Of a stretch of 64,000 bases of DNA, positions 52,518 through 64,000 are shown in pieces. The first letter of the stretch is position 1. Each line of letters opens with the position of its first letter. Made by a program: the position numbers and the translations under genes. Source of the stretch: Leucoraja ocellata (Eukaryota). Below the pieces are notes generated by a model. It was not told the origin of the DNA and did no database searches. It saw only the letters and a list, made by a program, of their open reading frames with translations. Location: assembly GCA_036785375.1 (NCBI GenBank), contig JAWMAR010000003.1, forward strand, positions 9,734,001 through 9,798,000, read 5' to 3'.

Positions 52518-52717
52518 TGTAGATTGGTTATTGCATGTGAACCAATCAGAGTAATGTACTACCACCACCTTATTGAACGCTACATATTAACACTCACTTC
52601 CTATATTACGTAGTTGCACTAGTGGTAGAGTGGAACTAACATGTATTGTACTGTGCTACTATGACTGATGATTAAAGCTGACTTAAACACCATACAGTGT
52701 CCGTAAATTTGTTTACA
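52518..52717 (+). mobile_element. Solo LTR (200 bp), related to the LTRs of 19045-21470
   Basis: TGTAG...TTACA, perfect TSD aggac; first 31 nt tgtagattggttattgcatgtgaaccaatca identical to the start of the 19045-19257 LTR read on the minus strand. Confidence 0.93.
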
Positions 52718-52922
52718 AGGACTATGAGAGCACTCTGTGCAGGTGAACACCTTGGGGTTCAACTATTAAAATGAGGAGCATCCGTCAAATTAACTTGTAG
52801 TTAAAAAACAACTTATTCAATGAGCCATGTAGTTCTTCAAGTATTTTGACAAAAATTTATCCTTAAACATACACCCCCAAAGAGAATTATTATTTTTAAC
52901 TGGTTGTTCTACACATCGCCTT

Positions 52923-53350
52923 ATAACCATATAACCATATAACAATTACAGCACGGAAACAGGCCATCTCGGCCCTACAAGTCCGTGCCGAACAACTTTT
53001 TTTTCCCTTAGTCCCACCTGCCTGCACTCATACCATAACCCTCCATTCCCTTCTCATCCATATGCCTATCCAATTTATTTTTAAATGATACCAACGAACC
53101 TGCCTCCACACTTCCACTGGAAGCTCATTCCACACCGCTACCACTCTCTGAGTAAAGAAGTTCCCCCTCATGTTACCCGTAAACTTCTGTTCCTTAATTC
53201 TGAAGTCATGTCCTCTTGTTTGAATCTTCCCTATTCTCAAAGGGAAAAGCTTGTCCACATCAACTCTGTCAATCCCTCTCATCATTTTAAAGACCTCTAT
53301 CAAGTCCCCTCTTAACCTTCTGCGCTCCAGGGAATAAAGACCTAACTTAT
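52923..53350 (-). mobile_element. Young CR1 3' fragment
   Basis: IEVFKMMRGIDRVD..TRGH..FFTQRVVAVWNELP; (ggttatat)n tail. Confidence 0.92.
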
Positions 53351-53973
53351 GCCTTGGTCAATGTTGTTAACATGCATGACTCGGTTAAAAATAATGTGAT
53401 GCATGAAGCTTCTATTTTGCGCAAGTTATTTGCCCCAAGCTAATTATTTGCTATTTTTATTTTATTATATAAATACTGTAACTTCATGGGACTATTGTTA
53501 TTTCTAATATTCATCTCTTTAACAAATGGATTATTACTACATCTTTCTCACTAACCCTTTTTGAGGCTCTCCAGGCTGATCAATTCTTGGCATAACTTTA
53601 TTTAAGTTACCAGTGATTGCTTGAATTCCACTGTATTGTCATAAACGTATTTCAGTTACCATTTGTCAGTTGTTATAGTTGTTTATTTTCTTTCCTGATT
53701 ATCCCTCCCCAGGTATTGACAATTGCTGCAAAATCGTTTTGAAATATTGATGCAAGATCAGTTGTGATAAAATGATCAAAGCAGGAGCACATATTTGTTC
53801 TAAATGTAGTACTGGCTGCCTCTATTAATACTAAGGTGTTAAATGGCAACTGGAAATGTACAAAGTGAACTGTAGAAAGCCAGCATTGACAACTCTGATG
53901 TACACCTTACAGCTATTTGATTTCTGAATTTCACACGGTTCATTGCACATTTACTCATGGCATAGAATCCTGT

Positions 53974-54365
53974 CGAGAGGGGATCTTATTGAAACATATA
54001 AGATTATTAGGGGATTGGACACGCTAGAGGCAGGAAACATGTTCCCGATGTTGGGGGAGTCCAGAACCAGGGGTCACAGTTTAAGAATAAGGGGTAGGCT
54101 ATTTAGAACGGAGACGAGGAAAAACCTTTTCACCCAGAGAGTTGTGAATCTGTGGAATTCTCTGCCTCAGAAGGCACTGGAGGCCAGTTCTCTGAATGCT
54201 TTCAAGAGAGAGTGAGATAGGGCTCTTAAAGATAGCGGAGTCAGGGAATATGGTGAGAAGGCAGGAACAGGGTACTGAATGTGGATGATCAGCCATGATC
54301 ACAGTGAATGGCAGTGCTGGCTCAAAGGGCGGAATGGCCTGCTCCTACACCCATTGTCTATTGTC
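53974..54365 (+). mobile_element. CR1 3' fragment
   Basis: RGDLIETYKIIRGLD..TRGHSLRIRG..FTQRVVNLWNSLP; tail cattgtctattgtc. Confidence 0.92.
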
Positions 54366-54863
54366 CTGCATTTCCCCCATCCCTCTTAATCAACACAGTT
54401 GAAGGGAGCACCAACTAGTTGTGGGTTCATTGCTGCTTGATTTCTACCACCTATTGTTCTACAAAGGTGGTTTTCCAGATTCCTTTGAAATTATTGGTCT
54501 AAAGGCAGCGGTGAACCAGCAGCTGACTGTCTTGGCCTTAATTTCCAGCTTCTCCACAAATTGATTGCTTCTGAACATTACCGCAAGTTATTTGCACATT
54601 TTTGGGGAACAATTTAAAAGATCACCTCTTCAAAGGTTGATTGCCTTAAGTGCGCAGTGATATATATATTTTGGCTTACCCCAAGCCTCCATCTTTGCTC
54701 CAACTACCTGTTATTTTTTAACTGCATTGGACATGAGGCATAAATGCAGAGACTGACAGCAGCCATTATCCATAAACAAGGAGCTCCTTCTGTTCCTTGA
54801 GCTGCCCATCTCATATGTTGCCCTGGATCCTTTTCCAGCAGCTTCAAGTCCACAATGCTGATA

Positions 54864-55172
54864 TTAGTTTAGTTTATAGATACAGTGTTAAAGCAGGCCC
54901 TTTGGCCCACCGAGTCTGCGCCGACCAGCAATCCCTGCATATTAACACTATCTAGGGACAATTTTCACATTTATACCAAGCCAATTTACCTACATACCTG
55001 TAGTTTTTTGGAGTGTGGGAGGAAACTGAAGATCTCGGAGAAAACCCACGCAGGTCAAGGGGAGAACATACAAACTCCTTCAGACAGCACTCGTAGTCAG
55101 GATCGAACCCGGGTCTCCAGTGCTTGCAAGCGCTGTAAGGCAGCAACTCTACCGCTGCACCACCATGCCTCC
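54864..55172 (-). mobile_element. HE1/V-SINE-like SINE
   Basis: Head ggtgcagcggtagagttgctgcc...cgggttcgatcctgac; tail tatctataaactaaactaa. Confidence 0.9.
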
Positions 55173-56255
55173 CTTGTTTAAAACATTTTTGTACCTTTTT
55201 GGGTCACAGGTGTAAACTCATTTAATTATTTTTTAATTTGCAAATTGTGTGAAATAATATGTAGCTTTTCAATTGTCCTTAATTATGAACAGATCTTTTT
55301 AATCCCAAATTTCTTCATCACAAGGTTCCTTTTATTTTATAATGTAATGTCAAGTGGTTTTGGGGTATAACTCCCAACACAAAGATTTAAACCCCAATCA
55401 AGTAAATCGAGTATCACAGTACCTTAATTGGTACACGTGACAATAAAATACCCTTTGAATAATTGTTTAAGAAAGAACTGCAGATGCTGAAAAAATCGAA
55501 GGTAGACAAAAAAAATCTATGATTCATCATTTTGAGGAAGCCTTACATGTCGCACCTTTGAACATTTTTTTTATTCAATTAATCTAGGGATGAGACCTTC
55601 TTTCATCCAAAGTTGCACATAACTTCAAATCAGTCTTCCAGCAAATTAACTTTAAGGTCTTCTCTGGCTTCATTTCAGACAAATTGAGCAATCTTCTTCA
55701 TCCACATATGTGAACCTGCATCTTCCTTTATCTTGAATGGGCTGATTATTCTTCATTTATCCAGTCCACTGCCAAAGGCTGCTCTTTCAGCCATCGTTCA
55801 AAGGAACTCCCATTTTAAACCTTGTTGCATGGCTGCTTTCTCTCTACTAAAATATTCTCAAGAACCAGAATTTCTGTACTGTCTCCTCCTCATTCTTATA
55901 TTGAATTCTTAACTTCTGGTTAAAATTTACTCCGACCTGTTACCTGAGGAGAAACACCAGAAATATGGTGGAGAAGAAATACCAATTCATTTACACTGTC
56001 TCTTTAGAGATGAATGCGTACATCAGAAAAATGTTCTTTGGATGAAATTCCATCAGAATCGACAAGTTGCCAGAAAATGTAATAAATTGTAGAGAAGAAA
56101 TTGTTAATCGAAGATAACTTAAAGGGTCCGTTACAGTACATATTGAAAATGGCAAATGGAAGATTTTTGCCCTGCTGATCATTCTAATGACCTGCTGCAT
56201 CATCGTTTATCAATAAAAATCATCTGGTTGTCTGTACCTTGTTTTTATGATACAG

Positions 56256-56333
56256 AATGATGAGCAGCCAGAGAAAAATAGAAACAAGGAGAAAAGACGA
56301 GGCAGGCCAGGGAGAAAACGCAAGCAAACAATG
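56256..56333 (+). CDS. DNMT3A: Internal coding exon of DNA methyltransferase 3A (basic N-terminal region, equivalent to human exon 3)
   Basis: Acceptor ccttgtttttatgatacag, donor ATG|gtaagc, phase 0/0, 26 codons NDEQPEKNRNKEKRRGRPGRKRKQTM; GRPGRKRK matches human DNMT3A KVGRPGRKRKHPP with the exon ending three residues later, as in human. Single short exon, so the assignment is not certain. Confidence 0.78.
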
Positions 56334-59300
56334 GTAAGCACAGATCATATTGTTAAATGTCCTATGATTTCATATGACAAGCAAGTCCTCTGGTTGCTGG
56401 TGGGGATGCACTAATGGGATATCACCATTCTTTTAAGAACATAAACTGTTTGGCTGCCTTTGTTCTTTCAAGTACCACATTTTTTAACAGTCTTTGTCCA
56501 GTGACTGTACTATGTTTAGCCCCAGCTTTGTAATGCAGTTCATTTGTTAGTTACTACCTCAAATAACCAGACATGGAAAGCATCATATTTTTCACAGATG
56601 CTTCCAAGTGGCCCTTGGTAATTTTTCTATCTTAATCTTTGTTTACTTCATAAAATGTTGCTGTTTTCTTTTTTACCATAAATATGCCACTGTTTCCCCC
56701 AAAATCTGCTCTCTTTTCAATCTAGTTTCAATCTTATAAGCTTCCATTCTGGAGTAGAAAGGCCAGTAAAATCTTCCAGTAATTTGCTCTCATACTAAAC
56801 TCTTAGCTCTGCTTCAAAGTTTGCGGTCCATTTTCTCAAAAATCATTGAAACAAATCTAGGTCCATGATTTTAAGTACATTTATTTATATTGTTACATAG
56901 AGCACGCCAATAAAATCTGCCTATCCCATCCAAATTTCTCATTCTGATATACCACAGCAAATGATTTTCTCATTTGAGCGTGGGTACTAATTTTAGAGTA
57001 ATTAGTACTGAATTATAGGTTGTGGAACCAGACTGATGCCATCCGCATACTTTTCAATGAGGGTAAATCACGCAGAGAGCAGCCTTTTCAACTGAGTGAA
57101 CACAGCCCTGAGATTTTCAAACTGTTTGCATCATTTATTTGCATTATATTTTGCAGACAAATAGGAAACATGTCATCACTGTTTCTTGTATCACATGACA
57201 CATTTAATGGCGGGCATCAATTATTTTAATTTGAGATTGATAATGCTACCTGTGGAAGTCAGCAAAACGCAGACCTGTCATGGGACTAGATCTTCAGTGG
57301 CAAATACATTTGTATTGAGTTACAATAGCAGCTGGCAGAACCCAGTCCATGCTATTTTTGTCAATATGTATGTTCTGCCATCCTTCTTATAAACTATACT
57401 GCAACTTTGTGAATGACCCTCAAAGATAATCAACATTTATCTTTACCAGGTTCAAATTAATTTGCTCAGAAATAGAGAGAGAGAGAAACATGTGGGTGTG
57501 TGTGTGTACCTAAGTACATGATTTAGCTGCCAACCTAACAATAAAAACTTAAATTATGGTTGAAAACAAAATGCTGTTTGTCTAAGAAAACACACAACAA
57601 AATACGGTAGATAGTGGAAACCTGTAAGATTCCCCCCCTCACCCTCTCCTCCCCCCCATTTCAGAAAATGTTTAGAATACACACCAATAAACAATAGTGG
57701 AGGGGGAAAAGAGAGTTACAATTTCAGGTCAAAATGACCGGTCAGCATTGCAGTGGTTTTTGACTCTACAGTCTAAACTGTAGAGAATCATAACTTTTTA
57801 TCTTATTTCTTGGCAACTTGCCAGTTATGTTAGTGCATTAATAACTGTTTTCAGATTGATAACAAATGATAGTTTGCTTTCTGTGGTGCTAACACATCTT
57901 TCTATTAAATTACTCACATGTGATGATTTCAGAAATTCTTTAGTAATCATTAAAAGATATCTTGAGAAGGAAATAATGTGCTTGAAACAAAGTTGGACAT
58001 AAATTGTGGTCATTTCAAACTCAAAATGGTTTCTCTTTAAATACAAATGCCTGCTAACCATTTGAGTGTCTCCCACATTTTCTGTTATCTCTTTTACTTG
58101 ATTCGTTTTTTATATATAGATGCTTCTTCACATTCATTTGACTAGGTCACATTTTGTGCATGATTATTCACATTATTGGCCAGATGGAATTGACCTGTCC
58201 ATGTTATCTTGGATTACATTTCAAAACTGAGCTCGATAACATTGACTAAGCCAATTGTACAGTAGGTTCAAATGGAGCCTTGATGCATTTGGCATTAAGT
58301 TGGCTCAAACCATACACTATTATTAAATCAGACTGTAAAATGTACTATATTTTCCTGTTAGGAACAATATTTGCTGTACTACCAAATCACCAGATAAGCA
58401 AACGAGACAATTGCAATCAACTTGGCCACAAGTAGTAAATGTCCAGCTGAAGCTGTTAAGGTCCTCTTCTGATTTCAGTAATTTGCCTTGTCAATTTTAG
58501 CAGATTATGCAAATGAAACATCAGGACAATATATACTTCATCATATGAGTTGTAATTATAATTTATAATTATGAGAATTGTGTTTATCATTGCAGATAAA
58601 AGGTTAGCATTAATTTTTAAGTTCATGTTTCATGAAAACGTAGTTACTGATAAATTGTACAAAAAAATTAGGAATGAAAATAGAAAAAAAATACAAGTTT
58701 AAAAACAGAGAAAATTTCAACCAATAGTTTTGGGTCGTGTTGACAGTTCATCAGTTGCACCATCAATTCTTGCTTTACTTCAGTGCACATTCATTAAATA
58801 AATAATCATTTAGAATATATATAAACAGAAGCGTTTTAAACATTGGACAGGAAAAAGTGCATCTATGACATTGTCTCACTGTGAAGATTAGCTTTGCTTT
58901 TCTGATGAAAGTAACACATATTTTTGAGCTTGTATATAAATAACTTCTCATTTGTGGTTTCATTTTGGCAAACATTTCTATGTCTTTTCTTGTTTATGTA
59001 ATTCAGTGCCCAAAACTACAGAAATTATCCCATCTGTGGCTTGGCTAATGTCATAAAAAAATGTTAAATTGCTTCTAGCTTTTTAGACCCTCTGTATCAA
59101 ATCCCATTATTTTATTTGGTCTTCATGGCTTATTGAGTTGAATGATCAGTTGAAGAATCTATACATATGTTTCCATAGATCCTTCTGTTCCCTTGCTCAT
59201 GAGTGTTATTATTTAGTGAACATGTTTTATCCAAGTTTTTCTTCCAAAATGGGCTGCTTTTTTTTTTTGCACTGAACTACATGTTCCCATTTTTGATTTT

Positions 59301-59519
59301 TTTTTTGTCCTACAGTCACACACATTCCTCTCCAAGTTGCCTTAATCACTGATTTAGTATGATTACCAAATTCCACTGATTCACTTATTCCAAAACCAGA
59401 GTAAAATAAGAGGTTGGACGACTGATACTTTCCCACATGCAGTCATTGACGGCAGCATTAATTCCCCCATCTGTTCTGCTTGTCCCGCATGTGATTTATC
59501 CTGAATTTCTTTCCATCAT

Positions 59520-62100
59520 TCAAGAGAGATGGGCTTTGCAGGCTGACCGGCATTTAAATGCCCATCCCTAATTGCCCTAAGAAGGAGATGGTAGGCTGCC
59601 TCTTAAACCACTGGAGTCCTTGCGATGTCTGTATACCGACAATGGTATTAAGGATCAAGTTTCAGGATTTTAACGCAGCTACAGTGAAGGAACAGTGATA
59701 TATTTCCAAGTCACGATGGTGTGTGGCTCGGACAGCAACTTCCAGGTGGTGGTGTTACCATACATTAGCTGTTCTTGTTCTTCTAGTTTGAAGTGGCCAT
59801 TGGTTTGGGCATTTCTGTCGAAGGAGACTTGGTGTGTTGCTCCACCTCATCCTGTAGATGGTACAAACTGATGTTACTGTGCAATGGAGGTAGAGTGAGT
59901 GAATGGTTGTGGATTGGATGCCTATCCAGCGGTCTGCTATGTCCTGTATGATGTTGAGCTGTTTGAGTGTTGTTGAAGCTGTACTCATACAGACAAGTGA
60001 AGAGTATTCCACTTCTGACTTGATCTTGCAATAATGGATAAGCTTTTCAAAATCAGTAGATGAGTCAGTCATCTCAGGATTCCTAGCCCCTCTGGTCTCC
60101 GCTTACAGCCACATTATGTATATGGCTACTCCAGTTTAATTTCAGGTCAATGGGAACCCCTTCCCCAGGATATGGATAGTATTGACAGTGTGAGATAGCT
60201 AGATTTGTATGAATGTAACTTGTCACCTATCAGCTCAAGCCTGGATATTGTCTGAATTAGGATCCCGGCTCAAATTGGCGCCTACCCATGTCCTCCAGAG
60301 ACGCTGTCTGATGCTGAGTTACTCCCACATTTTGTGTTCTACATAAGATTCCAGCATCTGCAGTTCCTATGTTTCCATTGCCCAGGTCTTGCTGCATTTG
60401 ATATTGGCATTGGTTTTTAAAGTCACACGTGTCGAGATACAGTGAAAACCATTGTTTGCTATCCAGTCAAATCATACTATGCATGAGTACATTCAGGCCT
60501 TGCACAAGTACAACATGTCATCCAAAGACAAAACAATAGCAGAGTGTAGAATGTAGCATTATATAGCATTATCATGTCACAGTTCATTTGGTGTTTTGTA
60601 GATGGTGCACATTCTGGTCACAGTACATCAGTTATAAGGAAAATTAATGTGTGCGGTTGTGTTATTAGTCAGTAGTCAAGAAGAATTCTTTACCTTTGAT
60701 GGTGTTGACATAATTTAGAATTGTTGACAGTACACTCATTCAGGATGTTGAAGGATTTCCATCAGGTTTAAGGCATGTTCCTTGTAAATAGTGGATAGAC
60801 TCTGGATATTCAGGGATGAATCACCTCATCCAAAATAGCGAGGATCTGACTTGCTGTTGCAACTATTTTCATCTTGTGGCTAGGACAGTTAAGTTTCTTT
60901 TCTCTAGTGACTCTAGGTGGCTTTGGATTAAGAGGGCTAATCCGTGGATGGTTGCTGCTGGGACGCAAGTTGGGCCTTGATCAACCCCGGCTGGGTCGCA
61001 TGGGCGAGGGTGTCTGACATTGTGAGACCCGAAACACCCAATGACCCCAGGTCACATCACTGAGGATGCATCCTAGCGCATCTAGAAGATGTATCGTTCA
61101 CACTGATGTTGATGGTGGGCAGGATCATCCAGTGCATTTCTTGTCAATTGTGTGCGGTAAACTATCCACTTATCAATGCCACACTTTGGACAAACATGGA
61201 TTGTTTCATTGTCTGAGGAGGTATGAATGGAGCAAACTACTATGCATTAATCAACAAACCTCCCCTTTTGTGAATTTACGATGGCAGGATACCCATGAAT
61301 GAAGAACTGAAGATGTTTGAGCCTAGGACACTGCCCTGAAGAACTTATTCGGCAATGTCCTAGGACTGAGAGTATTGGCAGCCAACAACTTAAATCATCT
61401 TTGTTTGTTTGAGGTACAACTCCAGCCACTGGGGAGCTTTATTTCACATTGTCTTTCAGAGGCCCATCAGATTGTTAAATTTTGCATTGATTTCAAAGGT
61501 TAGTCACTTTTCCTCTCCTCTGGAATTCAGTTGCTTTATCATGTTGGGATTAAGGCTGTGATGAGATCTGGAATAGAAAATGCATGGAGGAATCTAAACA
61601 GAGAGAGAAGAACAAGTTATTGGTGAGGAAGTATTTTTTGATGGCACCATTATGGCACCTTCCGATGTTTGCTGATGATGGAGTGGACAATGATAGGGCT
61701 GTAATTGGCTAGATTGGATTTTTCTTCCTTTCTGGTAATACCTGTCTAATTTTCCCGACTATTGGTTTGATGGGATCGCGGTGACTGAACTTAGTCTGAA
61801 TATCTAGCTTGTTCGGCAACTAAAGATTTCAGCACAGTAGTCATAATACTGTGAGGCCAAAAAGTATTTGTTGAATTCAATCCACTTGGATTTTTATACT
61901 GTGAATCAGAAATGTGAACTCTGATTTCTGTGATGCGAGAATCTTTCAGGAGGCTCAATTAGATTATTCTTTGGTTACTTTTGCTTGAGGCTGGTTGCCA
62001 ATGCAGCCTTGACTATTGTACGTGTGGTGGTAGTGATTGATGGTGATGTTCATGAGCAGTCTTGGTGTCAAATGTTTAATTATCCATCATTGTTGAATCT
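59520..62100 (-). mobile_element. Ancient degraded LINE (CR1/L2-group ORF2 and 3'UTR)
   Basis: ORF relic KSEVEYSSLVCMSTASTTLKQLNIIQD..IHSLYLHCTVTSVCTIYRM; 3'UTR gggcaattagggatgggcatttaaatgc; several nested insertions. Confidence 0.65.
60909..61100 (+). mobile_element. R2-superfamily Hero-like retrotransposon 3' end
   Basis: Encodes DSRWLWIKRANPWMVAAGTQVGP* (stop 60978-60980), resembling fish Hero C-termini as recalled, followed by a structured GC-rich 3'UTR. Confidence 0.6.
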
Positions 62101-63629
62101 GCTTGGACATCAGAGCATTAATATAATTAATTGATTATGATTGGGAGCACATCAGAGGAAGTCAGAAAATAGAAGCAAGAAGCAAGAGTGGTATTTGGGG
62201 TTTTAAAAGTTCACAGGGAGATGCTCTATCGTCTTATCAGAAGGAAGAAGCCTGTTGCTGAATAAATGAAGACACAGTAGAAGTTTGACAGTGAGGTAGC
62301 TGCGGTAGGTGGTACCATGCTCAAGAGTTCATTGACAAAGTAAGTCAGGAAAAATGATTACTTTGGAGTATTCACCTATGAACTAATATGGTTATCATCC
62401 CAACCCCAGTCTACTTTCTTAAGCCTATTCCAAGCTGATAACTCTTCACCCTACCTTTTCATGCATTTGTACTCATTCCTTTTCAGTGTACTTCCTTTCA
62501 TATGCTTTTGTCCATCCACAATGCGCACCTACTTTCTTCTTTCTGCTTAGTCATGCTATTCTCTCTTAGCTATGCTCAGCAAAATATACTTCATTCATTC
62601 TTTCATTCAACGTATACCATAATCCTTACTCTTAGGTCTCTTTATTTCCTTACAGGAGAAGAGAGCACAGACTATTGGGGAAAAAGGTCAAGAAGCAAAG
62701 ATGGTCCCAAAGATGGTAGCAAAGATGAGCAAAAATCACTCCTCACATTTCTCAGCAGACTTACGGAGGAGGAGCCGGAATTGTTAGAATCTTGATGTGT
62801 TTGACCATTGGATATGGAGAGATAATGGGGTCCAATATTCCACTGTGTTAATTGTCAAACACATGACATACATCACTCATTTATTTTGATTTGCTATCAG
62901 TTAGAGGTGAAACATGACTTGCTACATAATGATAACTCTTAAAGTCATGTGCAGCTTTTTCTAACTTGGCTTTAATCTCCCACAGGAAGAGATCAAAGAG
63001 GAAGTCAACAGTTCCTCCGAAGAGGTCACTCTTCATCATTACAGGCAGACCATGCACTAACTCAGATATTCACACTTTGGTCCAAATAGTAAAGCACATA
63101 ATTGGATTGTCAGCTGCTGATTACACGTGACAAGTGAGCATGAGCAAAATATGGACAGCAAATCCACCAAGAGGCCACTAGATCTCCCAAGCTGTGTTAG
63201 CTGAGTACTGGTGCTGCTTCTCGATGCCTTCTAACAAACAGGCTATTTCAGGCAATGGAGTGCATGAAAGTGATGGACTGGTTGTTTACAGGATTAGTTT
63301 GTGTTAATTACAGAATGTGGGGTTTGAAGTGGTAAGAAAATGTGAATGGTGTACATGGATATCAGATGGCAGAACCCAGAAGAAATCTTCCAATAATCAA
63401 GAGTATCCTGGGCAACAATATGCAGTGTTGTTATCCCATTGGATATATCAGCCACTGCCTTGTCCTCTCCTTGGAATCATCTGCATGTAATTATATATTT
63501 ACTTCAAATTAAAAAGCCATTCAGCCTATCGAATCTATGCAGGCCCTTGAAGACCAATCGGTTCAGTCCCATTCCCTCTCATATTTCCTTGTCACCTTGC
63601 AAATTATTCCCTCTCACATGGCCTTATAA

Positions 63630-63850
63630 GTTGTTGCCACTTACCTATGCTTAGGGGTCATTTACATTTGCCGGTTAATCCACACATATATCTTTAGGGT
63701 TAGGGAGAAAATTGGAGCACCAGGGGGGAAACACGTGCAAGTCGTGGGGAGAATATGGACAGGCGGCATTCAAGATTAGGATTGAACATGGGTTACTGGT
63801 GCCATTAGTCTGCGGCCTTAACTTCTGTGGCAGTTCTGTGCTCCACCCTA
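63630..63850 (-). mobile_element. Degraded V-SINE-like SINE
   Basis: ggagaaaattggagcaccaggggggaaacacgtgcaagtcgtggggagaat...ggattgaac, reverse of the SINE body and B box. Confidence 0.6.
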
Positions 63851-64000
63851 TGCCCTTCTGGTCCATTCTTCTAGCTGTGGGATTGTAGAATAGTAAAAGT
63901 AAAATTGCTTGCCTTAGCACAGAGGGAGGCCGTTTGGCCCAATGATTCAGGCATTTTGAACAGGTTCCCAATGATTTTGAACATTTCTATCAAATCCCAT

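Noticed and set aside
56008-56080. Acceptor plus short ORF MRTSEKCSLDEIPSESTSCQK just upstream of the DNMT3A exon
   Set aside because: The nearest GT donor is phase 2 and weak, incompatible with the phase-0 exon.
62656-62795. Possible exon after acceptor ttatttccttacag (ORF 62502-62795)
   Set aside because: No resemblance to the expected next DNMT3A exon (VESSDT..PNGD); the open frames hit stops with no convincing donor.

Overview
Vertebrate genomic DNA, most likely a cartilaginous fish (skate/ray-like, inferred from HE1/V-SINE, CR1 and Penelope repeat content). The window is mostly repeat-rich intronic/intergenic sequence with a 200-N gap at 9780-9979. One host coding exon is recognisable: a 78-nt exon at 56256-56333 (NDEQPEKNRNKEKRRGRPGRKRKQTM) matching the basic N-terminal exon of DNMT3A, so much of the window is probably the 5' part of dnmt3a; a CpG-rich region at ~7.7-9.7 kb is a candidate promoter. 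The remainder is layered transposable elements: a KIAA1586-type hAT transposon (TIRs, 8-bp TSD) interrupted by a Gypsy element; a rearranged LTR element nested in a Rex1 LINE; solo LTRs; a young L2 3' end; many CR1 and Rex1 3' ends; Penelope fragments with hammerhead-ribozyme motifs; a Hero-like 3' end; SINEs and a hAT MITE. Nearly all listed ORFs are TE relics or chance ORFs. I found no clear novel multi-gene system; the best leads are TE-architecture and RNA-structure oddities. Family names come from recognised motifs, not from database searches.
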